From a virus: a stretch of 64,000 bases of DNA. Below are positions 47,739 through 58,203 of this stretch, piece after piece. The DNA lies in IMG/VR virus record IMGVR_UViG_3300010352_001169; one strand, written 5' to 3'. Numbering within the stretch: the stretch's first letter is position 1; each line of letters begins with the position of its first letter. The notes under the pieces were generated by a model that searched no databases, had not been told where the DNA came from, and saw only the letters and a list, made by a program, of their open reading frames with translations. A program made the position numbers and the translations under genes.

Positions 47739-49517
47739 ATGACTAAAACGAACTCAGACAAATATCAAAAATTAACACATAAAGAGCATGTTCTTCTTAG
47801 ACCAAACATATATGTAGGATCTATTGTCGGTGAAACAAAATCCATGTTTGTAGTAGATGATATAAAAAATATTAATAATATTAAAATAGTCAGCAAATCA
47901 ATTAATTATAACGCCGGATTTCTTAAAATATTTGACGAAATACTCACAAACGCATCAGATCATTCTATCAGAACGAATCAAGTAAAATATATCAGAGTAG
48001 ATGTCAACAAAGAATGGATTTCGGTAGAGAATGATGGTCCTGGTATTCCGGTCGAAATTCACGATAAAGAAAAAATTTACATACCAGAGCTATTGTTTGG
48101 ACATTTAATGGCCGGATCTAATTTTAATAAAGACGATGAAAGAGTGTGGGGCGGCCAGAACGGGATGGGTTGCACCCTAACCAACATATTCTCTAAAAAA
48201 TTCATAATAGAAACTTGTGACGGCAAGAAAAAATACGAACAAGTATTCGAGAATAATTTGAATAAAATAAATAAACCCAAAATAAAAGCTAGTAAGAAAC
48301 AATATACTAAAATAATATTTTATCCTGATTTTGCACGTTTTGATTTAAACGGTATAGATGAAGAGATTGAGTCAATTTTTATAAAAAGATGTATTGACGT
48401 GTCTGTTTATTGTAGTAAAGTAAAAGTATATTATAATGGTGTTCAAATTCCTACAAAAAATTTCAAATCTTATATGGAAATGTTTGTAGGCGAGCATGAG
48501 ATATTTTACGAAAAATTAGATGATAAGTGGGAAATAGGGATATCTAAATCATTGGATAATTCTTTCAATCAGATATCTATGGTCAATGGCATTTCTACTT
48601 ATAACGGTGGAACACATGTAAATTCTATTACCAATCAAATAACAAAGAAAGTACAAGAAGCGCTAATAAGAAAGAATAAGAAATTAAATATAAAACAAAA
48701 CGATATAAAGAATCATCTTTTTGTTTTTGTCAACACTAAAGTTGTAAATCCTGTCTTTGATACTCAATCAAAAGAAAATCTTATAAGTAAAGTCTCCGCC
48801 CCAGATATATCTGATGGCACCATCAAGAAGATAGTGTCATCTCAAATGATAGATGAGCTTATGAAATTCTTGATGATTAAAGAAGAATTTGATACCAAAA
48901 AGGAGATAGGCAAACATAAGATAAAGATTAGTAAGCTCGAGGATGCTCCCAAGGCTGGAACTTCGGAGAGTAGCAAATGTCTTTTATTTTTAACAGAGGG
49001 GGATTGTTTGCAAGAAGATACTTTTGTAACTATAGTAAGAAACGGAGAAAAAATGAAAATAAGAATAAAAGATATAAAATTAAACGATGCAGTCATTACA
49101 CACAACAACAATATTGGACTTATCAATAATATTTCTAAAAAAATAGAGAAAGTGGTTAAAATTAAATTGAAAAACGATGATGTTATTTTATGCTCCGAAA
49201 ATCATAGATGGTATATCTATAATAAAGAAACTAATAATTTTTCATTTGTAAAAACTAAAGATATAGATATCTCTAAACACAAAATGATAATAAATAAAAA
49301 TTCTTTTTATGATAATCTTATCAAAATAAAAGATATAGTTGAATATGACGATAAAAAATATGATAATATAGTGATGTTAGAAGACGGTGTTGAAATTCTT
49401 TCAACTAATCAACACAAGTTTTCTGTTTTTAATATTAATAACCAGTCTTTTGAAATGATAAAGTGTTGTGATCTAAATAAAAATGTTCATTTTATAGTAT
49501 CGTATGAAAAATTATAA
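47739..49517 (+). CDS. Type IIA topoisomerase N-terminal part (GHKL ATPase) fused to N-half of a split intein
   Basis: HVLLRPNIYVGS, FDEILTNASD, VENDGPGIP, GGQNGMG, LFLTEGD then CLQEDT. Confidence 0.92.
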   Translation: MTKTNSDKYQKLTHKEHVLLRPNIYVGSIVGETKSMFVVDDIKNINNIKIVSKSINYNAGFLKIFDEILTNASDHSIRTNQVKYIRVDVNKEWISVENDGPGIPVEIHDKEKIYIPELLFGHLMAGSNFNKDDERVWGGQNGMGCTLTNIFSKKFIIETCDGKKKYEQVFENNLNKINKPKIKASKKQYTKIIFYPDFARFDLNGIDEEIESIFIKRCIDVSVYCSKVKVYYNGVQIPTKNFKSYMEMFVGEHEIFYEKLDDKWEIGISKSLDNSFNQISMVNGISTYNGGTHVNSITNQITKKVQEALIRKNKKLNIKQNDIKNHLFVFVNTKVVNPVFDTQSKENLISKVSAPDISDGTIKKIVSSQMIDELMKFLMIKEEFDTKKEIGKHKIKISKLEDAPKAGTSESSKCLLFLTEGDCLQEDTFVTIVRNGEKMKIRIKDIKLNDAVITHNNNIGLINNISKKIEKVVKIKLKNDDVILCSENHRWYIYNKETNNFSFVKTKDIDISKHKMIINKNSFYDNLIKIKDIVEYDDKKYDNIVMLEDGVEILSTNQHKFSVFNINNQSFEMIKCCDLNKNVHFIVSYEKL

Positions 49518-50857
49518 TTCATCCTTCAATTTAAAATAACCCTCGGTGAAAAAAAGTGATTATTTTTATTTAATATATAAAAATAAAACGATTTAAATAT
49601 GGTATCTTTATGTTATGAATATAATAACAAATTAATAAAAACAAAAACAAATAGTTTTATTGATTATGACAATTTCAACACAGATAAAATTATATTTTCT
49701 ATGAGACAATCATTAATGAAAAAATTTAAAATAACATTAGAAGAATATTTACATAATATTGGATTTGAAGTTAAAAAATGTGGTTTTTGTGGAAGTTTTG
49801 CTAGGGCTAGTATATCAATTGATATAATAAAAATAAAAAACAGAAAGAAAATAATAATAAAGGATGTTCTATATCCTTATGGGTATTATTGCAAAGGACA
49901 AAATAAAAAATGTGATGGAAGAAATTATAATCCAAATTCAATTACATTTGTAAGCAAGACAAAAGGAGTTAAAGAAAATGAAGCTATAAGCATAATTCAT
50001 AATAGAAATAAAAGTCCATTTTATTTAGAAAATCACAAAAATTATAACGATTATAAAAATTATCAATCATTAGAGAATAGATTGGATGATGAAAAATATT
50101 CATCTTTTATAGAAAATTTAAAAAAATCAAAAACCATTGAATATTATGTAGATAGATTTGGGGAAAAAGACGGGAAAATAATATGGGATAATATATGTAA
50201 GAAAAAAGATAGTATGTCTTTAGATTTTTTTCTAAAAAAGAATAATTTCAATTATGAAAAATCAATAGTGGAATATAAAAATAGATTAAAATCGTCTTGT
50301 CCTAATACTAATTTCGGTCATTATTCACCGGCATCTTTTGATTTTTTCAATAAAATCGTCGATATATTAAAAATAAAAAAATATATGTATGGGAAAAACG
50401 AACTTATATTAGAGTATTTTAACGAAAATAATATCAAGAAAAAATTCTATTATGATTTTGTAGATTTAGATAACAACATTATTATTGAATATAACGGATT
50501 AGTATGGCATCCAAATAAAGAAAAAATGACAGAAAATCAATGGAATAACTGGTATTTTCCTTATGACAAATCAATAAAGGCCGAAGATATAATCAATAAA
50601 GACAAATTAAAAGAAAAAATAGCCTTGGAAAATAAATATAAATTTATTTCTATATGGAATAGTGACGATGAAAATGAAAATTTAGAAAAAATTGTTTCGC
50701 TATATAAAAATTTAAATATTATAAAATGATTAAAAATTATTTAGAATTGATTGAAATAGACAGAATTGATTTCACAGACGAATATGATAATATGGTAGAT
50801 ATATCAATAGATATAGACGAAACATTTTGTTTATCAAATGGAATTGTTTCACACAAT
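49005..50857 (+). mobile_element. Split intein (N-half 49005-49517, C-half 50726-50857) with intervening endonuclease
   Basis: Cys1 after TEGD; C-half ends NGIVSHN followed by Ser+1 (SAM); halves in different ORFs and frames. Confidence 0.85.
49599..50729 (+). mobile_element. Vsr/DUF559-like homing endonuclease between the intein halves
   Basis: CxxC zinc motifs; YDFVDLDNNIIIEYNGLVWH...DKLK...ISIW; own TAATATATA element at about 49575. Confidence 0.75.
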
Positions 50858-52843
50858 TCAGCAATGAGCTCGGTTCAAGCTGGTATGGCAGCTGTGGGTA
50901 AAGAGAGAGAATATATCGGTGGTTTTCCTCTACGTGGAAAACCTTTGAATGTTAGAGAAGCTGATTTATCAAGACTCAGAGAAAATGAGGAAATTAAAAA
51001 CATAATTACTATATTGGGATTAGAATATGGGAAACATTATACAGACATAAATAAACTGAGATATGGAAAAGTGGTTTTAATGGCTGACGCGGATTGTGAT
51101 GGAGATCACATCAGAGGTCTTCTTATGAACCTCTTTGATGCTTGTTGGCCAGAATTGCTTAAAATGAACTTCATTTACGATTTTATCACTCCAATTATTA
51201 AAGCAACAAAAGGCAAAGTAGTTAAATACTATTACAAGTTAGATGAATATAAAAAAGATAAAGATAAATTACACGGTTATGATGTTAAATGGATAAAGGG
51301 TTTGGGAACCGTTGAACCAACTGAAATGAAAGAGTTTTTCAAAAAAATTGATAAACATCTTATTCGTTTTCATTATGATAAACCCGAGACACCCGAGCTT
51401 TTCGATATGCTTTTCAATGGTAAAAGAGCAGATGATAGAAAAGAATGGTTAAAAACCTACTCTCCAGTTGATTTTATTGATAAGTTTAGTGTGAAACAGA
51501 CTTATGATAAATTTATTAACAATGAATATATTGAATTTTCAATGTATAACAATGTAAGACAAATTCAAAATGTTATTGACGGATTTAAACCAGGTCAAAG
51601 AAAAGCCTTTTTTACATTAATCAAGAAAAATATTAAAAATGAAATTAAAGTAAGTTCACTATCAGGAGCTGTTATTGAAACCGCAGCGTATCATCACGGC
51701 AACACAAGTCTTGAAGAAGCTGTTGTTGGAATGGCGCAGGAATTTGTTGGAACCAACAATATAAATTTATTATCTCCGAAAGGGCAATTCGGATCACGTA
51801 TAAAAGGTGGAGCTGATAGTGCATCGCCAAGATATATCTTCACACGATTGAGCGATTTAACTCCATATATTTTTAGAAAAGAAGATAACGATATTTTAGA
51901 TTATTTGGATGACGATGGCTCGCCAATTGAACCTAAATATTATGTTCCAATTATACCTATGGTTTTGGTGAACGGAGCTTTTGGTGTAGGTTCTGGATAT
52001 TCTTCTAATGTTCCAATGTTTAATCCTTTGGATATTATTAATTGTTTAGTCAATAAACTACAAGGAAAAAAATACAAGGGATTACAACCTTTTTATAAAA
52101 AATTCAAAGGTGATATAATTTTAGATGAAGAAAACAAAAGATATATCACACGCGGAATTTATGATAAACCAAATGCTAATGTGATAAAAATTACAGAACT
52201 TCCAATAGGAATGTGGAATGATAAATATTTTGAAAAATTAGATAAATTAGTTGAAAGTAAAAAAATAAAAGATTATTCAAAGAATTGCACCGATACAGAA
52301 ATTGACATTAAACTTATTCTTACAAAAGAGAATATGGATGAAATGTTTGATGGAAATAATGTTTATAAGAAATTGAATCTCGAGACTTACATATCCATAG
52401 ATAATATGCATTTATTTGACGCTAATTGTCAAATAAAAAAATACAAAGATCAATATGAAATTCTAGATGATTTTTATAAAATAAGAATAGAATATTATAC
52501 TCGAAGAAAATTACATCAATTAGCTGAAATGGAAAGAGAGATAAAAATAGCTCATCAGAGAATAAAATTCTTAAAAAATATTATAGATGGAGATATCATT
52601 GTTTATAAAAAGAGTAAAGACATTCTTGAAATAGAGTTAGAAAAACACAACTTCGAAAGAGTTGACGACTCTTATAATTATTTATTAAATATGTCTATAT
52701 CATCTTTAACCAAAGAAAAATTATTAGACATAAAAGACGAATATGATAAATTAAGAGAACAATATAAGAAACTTGAACATACAAGTGAATCTGATATCTG
52801 GTTAGAAGAATTAAAAGAATTAAAATCTAAAATCAAATTTTAA
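50726..52843 (+). CDS. C-half intein + type IIA topoisomerase TOPRIM and breakage-reunion domains
   Basis: FPLRGKPLN, MADADCDGDHI, KGLGT, DGFKPGQRK, YHHG, ASPRYIFT. Confidence 0.92.
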   Translation: MIKNYLELIEIDRIDFTDEYDNMVDISIDIDETFCLSNGIVSHNSAMSSVQAGMAAVGKEREYIGGFPLRGKPLNVREADLSRLRENEEIKNIITILGLEYGKHYTDINKLRYGKVVLMADADCDGDHIRGLLMNLFDACWPELLKMNFIYDFITPIIKATKGKVVKYYYKLDEYKKDKDKLHGYDVKWIKGLGTVEPTEMKEFFKKIDKHLIRFHYDKPETPELFDMLFNGKRADDRKEWLKTYSPVDFIDKFSVKQTYDKFINNEYIEFSMYNNVRQIQNVIDGFKPGQRKAFFTLIKKNIKNEIKVSSLSGAVIETAAYHHGNTSLEEAVVGMAQEFVGTNNINLLSPKGQFGSRIKGGADSASPRYIFTRLSDLTPYIFRKEDNDILDYLDDDGSPIEPKYYVPIIPMVLVNGAFGVGSGYSSNVPMFNPLDIINCLVNKLQGKKYKGLQPFYKKFKGDIILDEENKRYITRGIYDKPNANVIKITELPIGMWNDKYFEKLDKLVESKKIKDYSKNCTDTEIDIKLILTKENMDEMFDGNNVYKKLNLETYISIDNMHLFDANCQIKKYKDQYEILDDFYKIRIEYYTRRKLHQLAEMEREIKIAHQRIKFLKNIIDGDIIVYKKSKDILEIELEKHNFERVDDSYNYLLNMSISSLTKEKLLDIKDEYDKLREQYKKLEHTSESDIWLEELKELKSKIKF

Positions 52844-52878
52844 TATATAGAAGAAAAAATTGTAATCGAATAAGTAAT

Positions 52879-53340
52879 ATGAAACTTAAAAGATTTAATA
52901 ACTTAAACGAATCGAAAGGATTTGATTTCAGAAGAGTTGGTGGAGCAAAGTTAGATTGCATGTATTTACATCTAATTTATGAAGGCGGTGACGCTGATAC
53001 CAGGCATCCAGAGAAAATAAAATTACCCTGGAAATATTCAGAATATAAAGATCATATAGAAGAGCTTAATGAATTAATCGATAAATATAAAAGACTCGAA
53101 AAAGTTCTTCATTGTGGTAGTTATGGTGGTAGAATTTGCTCAGAACGCATCAATGGACAACATAAGTATGTAATAAAAGCATATAGAAGTCCAGATGTTG
53201 AAATAGAAGATGATTTACAAGACCTTATAGATGATGTTCCAAATGATCCTCAAACAGATTATGACACAAAATGTTATCTTGGTCATATGACACTGATAGC
53301 ATACGATCAAGAAGGAAATAAATTAGAGTCTTATATTTAA
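52879..53340 (+). CDS. Hypothetical tagged protein
   Basis: MKLKRFNNLNES start. Confidence 0.7.
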   Translation: MKLKRFNNLNESKGFDFRRVGGAKLDCMYLHLIYEGGDADTRHPEKIKLPWKYSEYKDHIEELNELIDKYKRLEKVLHCGSYGGRICSERINGQHKYVIKAYRSPDVEIEDDLQDLIDDVPNDPQTDYDTKCYLGHMTLIAYDQEGNKLESYI

Positions 53341-53356
53341 AAATAAATTTAAAAAA

Positions 53357-53659
53357 ATAGAAAAATATATTAAAAAATATCGCATATTTGAGCAACAAAA
53401 TCAAGACATAGATCCTTACGGCGAAGAAAGCGGATTACAAAAAGGAAGTTTGGATTATCAACCCGGCGGAGATATTATCGGTTTTCTAAGAAATCTAGAA
53501 AATCCAGATATAACAAATGCTTTAGATAAGTTGTTAGCGTCTGATGATTTAGACGAAAGAATAGATTTGGCTGAAGATATATTAGGATATGTAGATGAAA
53601 ATTTTGAAGAAATCTATGATTTGGTAGAGGACGATATAAAACAATTGACTCTAGATTAA
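53357..53659 (+). CDS. Acidic tagged protein with DPYGEE; apparent ATA start
   Basis: Frame open from ATA 53357: IEKYIKKYRIFEQQNQDIDPYGEESG, continuous with ORF 53450-53659. Confidence 0.55.
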   Translation: MEKYIKKYRIFEQQNQDIDPYGEESGLQKGSLDYQPGGDIIGFLRNLENPDITNALDKLLASDDLDERIDLAEDILGYVDENFEEIYDLVEDDIKQLTLD

Positions 53660-54369
53660 AGTTGTTCGTGTTTATTAAACTTTCTTTTCAATTGTAAAGG
53701 TGGATCAAAACGAAATCTACGATTTAAATATTTTCTAAATTCATTTTCAATGAAAAATGGAGGCACAATAGCATCATCATCTTGATATTTAATTTTCTTT
53801 ATTATATAATAACTAAAATCTACAACATGTTCTTTTCTTACCATTTTTATAAGACCCTTTTCAATAGCGAAAGATTTATAAAACCAATCTTCTTCTAATA
53901 ATCTTGTTATTTCGCCCTCTGTTAAATCCATGAATTTAGTTATAATATTCATTAGAAAACCATCATATTTTCCATTATCCATTTTTAATACTTGAATCAA
54001 TACTTTATTTATAGCTCGTGTGGTACCAAGCGCTTGAGATATAAGCCATATTGGATAGAAAATTGGAGCGAATAAAAGAGGAATACCACGCCATAAGGAT
54101 TTTTGTATTCCTTGTTTGAGTTCTCTATTTTGTTTGAATTTTAGTGCATCCGCATGTAAAGCTTTTAACATTCCAAAACTTAATTGTCTTTGTCCTGTAA
54201 CCAAATATTTATAAAGATTACCATGTTTTGCGATTTCTTTTATACGTTGATACTCTGGGTCTTCGGGCTTTGTTGGCATATTATCTATAAGAGATGTAAG
54301 ATTTACTCCATAATCAACATCTAGAACTTCTTCATTTAATTTATCTTTATATGATTTTACGTGTTTCAT
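53656..54369 (-). CDS. Tagged protein with hydrophobic segment
   Basis: MKHVKSYKDKLNEE start. Confidence 0.72.
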   Translation of the reverse strand: MKHVKSYKDKLNEEVLDVDYGVNLTSLIDNMPTKPEDPEYQRIKEIAKHGNLYKYLVTGQRQLSFGMLKALHADALKFKQNRELKQGIQKSLWRGIPLLFAPIFYPIWLISQALGTTRAINKVLIQVLKMDNGKYDGFLMNIITKFMDLTEGEITRLLEEDWFYKSFAIEKGLIKMVRKEHVVDFSYYIIKKIKYQDDDAIVPPFFIENEFRKYLNRRFRFDPPLQLKRKFNKHEQL

Positions 54370-54450
54370 TCCTCTGAAAATAAATAATTTTTAATATCAT
54401 CCGATTTTTGAAAAATAGATTCGTTAATATATTCACTATAGTTTTTTAAA

Positions 54451-54846
54451 TTATTCATCATCATTTTTTAATTTTATTACACTATTAGTTCTAATCGGCA
54501 ATATATATTTTTTATTTTTTTCATCTATCAAGTATATAATGTTCAGAATATAACCATCTCCAGAATCGCATTCCACATCTTCAATCTTTATGCATACTTC
54601 TTTACCATCTTTTTTAAAAGTGGCGAAATTTTCTCCTGGTATGAAATATGCAGTTTTTCCAACAAATTTATCTTTTAAGAATCGTTCGAATTTTCTTTTT
54701 GAATTAATTCTCGTTAATGGAATTACATCGAGATTCATCATTAACTCAAAAACATTGATAATTTCATCGTATTCATTCCAATCTTCTTCACCGTAAGGAT
54801 CAATGTCATAATCAAGTTTTTCAAATATTTTGAATTTAGTTACCAT
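54451..54846 (-). CDS. Tagged protein with DPYGEEDW
   Basis: Likely start MVTKFKIFE at 54846. Confidence 0.7.
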   Translation of the reverse strand: MVTKFKIFEKLDYDIDPYGEEDWNEYDEIINVFELMMNLDVIPLTRINSKRKFERFLKDKFVGKTAYFIPGENFATFKKDGKEVCIKIEDVECDSGDGYILNIIYLIDEKNKKYILPIRTNSVIKLKNDDE

Positions 54847-54894
54847 GTCACTATATATAATTTTTATTAAACCATTATTATTTTTGCTTATATA

Positions 54895-55311
54895 ATGATT
54901 ATGAAACAAATAAGTTATTTTAAATTTTTAAAAGCTCATCCCGAGTTTATGGATGTTGATGATACAGAAGATGTTAAATTATTTCTTTTAGATTATGTTA
55001 AAAAAAGAGTTTATAGAAAAAAGGAGGGAATTTGTGAACTATTGCCGATGAAAGGTCAGGGTTATAGAAAAAATACAGATGATTTTAAGGATAGTAAAAT
55101 AATAAAAGATCATTCTATTTACAGAATAATGTTTAGAAAATATAAATTGATGACTATTTATTTTTTAAAAAATGAAACATGTGTGATAGTCAATAATCAT
55201 ACACAAGAAGATAAATGGGTCACTAATAATGTAAAATGTAGATATTTATCTAAAGAAGAAATAAAAAATATAAAACGAACAATATTAATAGATAATTTAA
55301 TAAAATTGTAA
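54895..55311 (+). CDS. Hypothetical protein
   Basis: 138-aa ORF ending in a RTILIDNL tail. Confidence 0.65.
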   Translation: MIMKQISYFKFLKAHPEFMDVDDTEDVKLFLLDYVKKRVYRKKEGICELLPMKGQGYRKNTDDFKDSKIIKDHSIYRIMFRKYKLMTIYFLKNETCVIVNNHTQEDKWVTNNVKCRYLSKEEIKNIKRTILIDNLIKL

Positions 55312-55890
55312 ATGTTATATGTAGAGTCATATAAAAATAAACTTTCGTTGCCTGATACGGCAATTATAATAGATACAACTTCAAAATCTGATGATTGGTC
55401 AAAAGAACTTTCGCCATTTGTAGTTCGTTGTGGACCGCTATATGGTGATTATTTTGCCAAGAATGTAGAAAATGGTTGGCAATTCAGCAAGGTCTATAAA
55501 GAATATGACAATAATGGTGAGCCATCGCCAGCGTATTTTGAATGGGCTCAAAAAGGGTGGAAATCCAGTTATGCTTATCGATATCCAATGGGAAAAGGTG
55601 TTGTGCCATTATATTCGTGGTGGAATGGCGAAAAATTAGATTATATCGCAGCAAGAAAAAAGATATATGTTCCTTTATATGCAAGAGGCGTGATGGCTAC
55701 TAAAGCTTTTAAAAAACTTTTATACATTTATCGTCATACAAAGAAAGATATTTATCTAATCGATTTTGATGGGTATAATCATATAAAAATGGGAAAAAGT
55801 TTAACAGAGGTTATAAATGATCCTAAAATGAAAATGGGACACGCGTTTGTCATTTATAGTTTGCTAGAGAAATCAAAAATTGAAAAATAA
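55312..55890 (+). CDS. DUF6939/NADAR-like protein
   Basis: LSPF...NVENGWQFSKVY...YIAARKKIYVPLY...GHAFV; family call from motif recall only. Confidence 0.5.
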   Translation: MLYVESYKNKLSLPDTAIIIDTTSKSDDWSKELSPFVVRCGPLYGDYFAKNVENGWQFSKVYKEYDNNGEPSPAYFEWAQKGWKSSYAYRYPMGKGVVPLYSWWNGEKLDYIAARKKIYVPLYARGVMATKAFKKLLYIYRHTKKDIYLIDFDGYNHIKMGKSLTEVINDPKMKMGHAFVIYSLLEKSKIEK

Positions 55891-55893
55891 TAT

Positions 55894-56157
55894 ATGAATG
55901 AAGGTTTAGTTTGTCCGAATTGTGGATCGGGAGGAGGCCGTCACTGGTTCCAGATAGAAAAAGAAAATTCCACATCGAATAAATCATGGGGTCATGATGA
56001 ACTAATGAAGGTTTTGCACGATTTTAATGGTAATGCAATAGGAATTTATTGTGGAAATTGCGGATATACAATAAAAAATACAAATGAATTATTGAATTCA
56101 GATGAATTTGTAAACCATAAAAGAACAAAAACAATAGATAAAATGTTAAATAAATAA
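55894..56157 (+). CDS. Zinc-ribbon protein
   Basis: CPNCG and CGNCG. Confidence 0.65.
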   Translation: MNEGLVCPNCGSGGGRHWFQIEKENSTSNKSWGHDELMKVLHDFNGNAIGIYCGNCGYTIKNTNELLNSDEFVNHKRTKTIDKMLNK

Positions 56158-56161
56158 AAAT

Positions 56162-56521
56162 ATGATACTAAAGGGCGTGGTATATAGAATGGGAAAAGGA
56201 AGTGATAGAGTTTATTTGTCGCTTTTGAATCCTGTTACAAATGAAGTAACAAACGGTTTTCCTATAATAGAAGAAGATTATTACTTATTAGAAGAAAATC
56301 AAATTTGTACTGTACAAGTTGAGTTTCAAGACGGGACACTAGAACTTGAAGAAAAAGAGGTCATTGAATTTCTGAATGTGGAAAGGGGACTTGAAGTAGG
56401 TGAAATTTTTTATAGAATAAAAAGATTTATGGTTTTCGGATTTCCAGATCCTATTAAAGAATGCGAAGAACATTTAGAGGATATTTTTATAGATGTAATC
56501 AACAGAACAAAATACGAATAA
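56162..56521 (+). CDS. Hypothetical protein
   Basis: 119-aa ORF coupled to the gp46-like gene. Confidence 0.65.
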   Translation: MILKGVVYRMGKGSDRVYLSLLNPVTNEVTNGFPIIEEDYYLLEENQICTVQVEFQDGTLELEEKEVIEFLNVERGLEVGEIFYRIKRFMVFGFPDPIKECEEHLEDIFIDVINRTKYE

Positions 56522-58203
56522 TGATAATTAATTCTATTTCCATACGCAACTTCAAAAGTTATGGTAATAACTTACAAAAACTCAGCTTCTCAAAAGATGC
56601 TCAACTCATTCTGCTCACAGGTCAAAATGGAAATGGAAAATCGAGTCTTTTAGAATCCATAGATTTTGCTCTTTTCAATATTGTAAGAGGTAAAAACACT
56701 AAACGTGTTCCAAATTATATTCTTCCAAATCGAACCAATAAAAATCTCGAGGTTGAAATTGATTTTGTTAATTGGAATAATGACAATGTAGTTATCAATA
56801 GAAAATTGAATCCAAAAGGATTTAAAATAAGTATGAATGATGTTGATAAGACTGATAAGTATGAGTTGATGCAACAACATGAAAAAGATGATATTATAGG
56901 TATAGAATATAATACTTATAAATCTTTGGTTTCGTTAAACTTAGCAGACTTTGCGAATTTTATTAACCTAGACACAGAAACCAAAAGAAAGCTTCTTAAC
57001 AAGTTATTCAATATAGATGAAATTGATGTTTATTTTGCTATAGCTAAAGAATTACTCAAGAATGAATATAAACGCAAAGAAAAACTCGACTCATTAATAA
57101 CATCCAATACAAATACAATAGGCACTTATAAAAATAATATTTCTAATATTTTAGAAGTCACGGGAAGTAAGATCGACAAAGAAAAAATGTCAGAATATAA
57201 AAATAATTACATAACTCTAAAAAGTGAAATCCGTGAGTTGAAAGAAAATCTTCAATTGACTTGGCCTGAGATAGTTTCCAAAAAAGAAGTTATACAGGGA
57301 AAGAGAAATAAAATAATGGCTGACGAACTTCAATTAGAAGAGCTTTCTAAGAAATTAGATATATTCCACTCGGGAAATTGCCCTTTCTGCGGAACTATTT
57401 TAACTGATGAATCTCATTTGGAAGAACTTTCTAAATTGGAAAACGATTATCAAGAAGCTTCAAAGGATTTGTTAGAAGTTAAGAAGAGTATGAATTCTTT
57501 AAAAAGAGAATATTCTTCGAAGGTTATGGAAAGAAGTGATATGATAAAGGAATTTCATGAAAAAGAGTTTCAATATGATGTTATTAGAAAAGAATTAAAA
57601 GAAATTAAAGACATGACTTTAAACAACGCGTCTATAAATGAGTTGAATAGAAACATCGAGATTTTAGAAGACGAAAATGAAAAATATAAAAGGGGATTAG
57701 ATAATCTAAATAAAAAAATAACAAAATACGAAAAACTTGTAGAAATATTATCAGAAAAAGGAATTCGTAGAGGAATTATTAACACTGTAGTAGATCCTAT
57801 TAATGAGCATTTAGCAAGATATTTAATAGAATTGGAATCTAAATATAATGTAAGATTAAATGATAGTTTTGACGCTATAATAAAAGAAAGATACATGGAT
57901 GACATTCATGTTGAATCTTTATCAACTGGCGAGGCGAGAAAAATAAATGTTGCTATAGCCCTTTCTTATATGGAAATGGTTATCAGTATGAATAAGAAAA
58001 CCAATATTTTATTCATGGATGAAGTTTTTGCATCTGTTGATGATGAAAATGTAGATTTGATTTTAAAAGTTTTACGTAAATTTTCAGAAATAAATAATAT
58101 AAATGTTATTATATCAACTCCTCTAAAATTTGATGTTACTCATTTTGATAGAATAATTGATGTTGAGAAAGAAAATGGTTATTCTTTTATAAGAGAGAAT
58201 TAA
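56521..58203 (+). CDS. Rad50/SbcC ATPase, T4 gp46-like recombination nuclease subunit
   Basis: NFKSYG, GQNGNGKS, CPFCG zinc hook, LSTGE, LFMDE; start MIINS at 56521. Confidence 0.9.
   Translation: MIINSISIRNFKSYGNNLQKLSFSKDAQLILLTGQNGNGKSSLLESIDFALFNIVRGKNTKRVPNYILPNRTNKNLEVEIDFVNWNNDNVVINRKLNPKGFKISMNDVDKTDKYELMQQHEKDDIIGIEYNTYKSLVSLNLADFANFINLDTETKRKLLNKLFNIDEIDVYFAIAKELLKNEYKRKEKLDSLITSNTNTIGTYKNNISNILEVTGSKIDKEKMSEYKNNYITLKSEIRELKENLQLTWPEIVSKKEVIQGKRNKIMADELQLEELSKKLDIFHSGNCPFCGTILTDESHLEELSKLENDYQEASKDLLEVKKSMNSLKREYSSKVMERSDMIKEFHEKEFQYDVIRKELKEIKDMTLNNASINELNRNIEILEDENEKYKRGLDNLNKKITKYEKLVEILSEKGIRRGIINTVVDPINEHLARYLIELESKYNVRLNDSFDAIIKERYMDDIHVESLSTGEARKINVAIALSYMEMVISMNKKTNILFMDEVFASVDDENVDLILKVLRKFSEINNINVIISTPLKFDVTHFDRIIDVEKENGYSFIREN

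Noticed and set aside
49518-49598. Group I intron or readthrough joining the topoisomerase ORFs
   Set aside because: The spacer is 81 nt, AT-rich, has further in-frame stops and no intron core; the intein motifs explain the break
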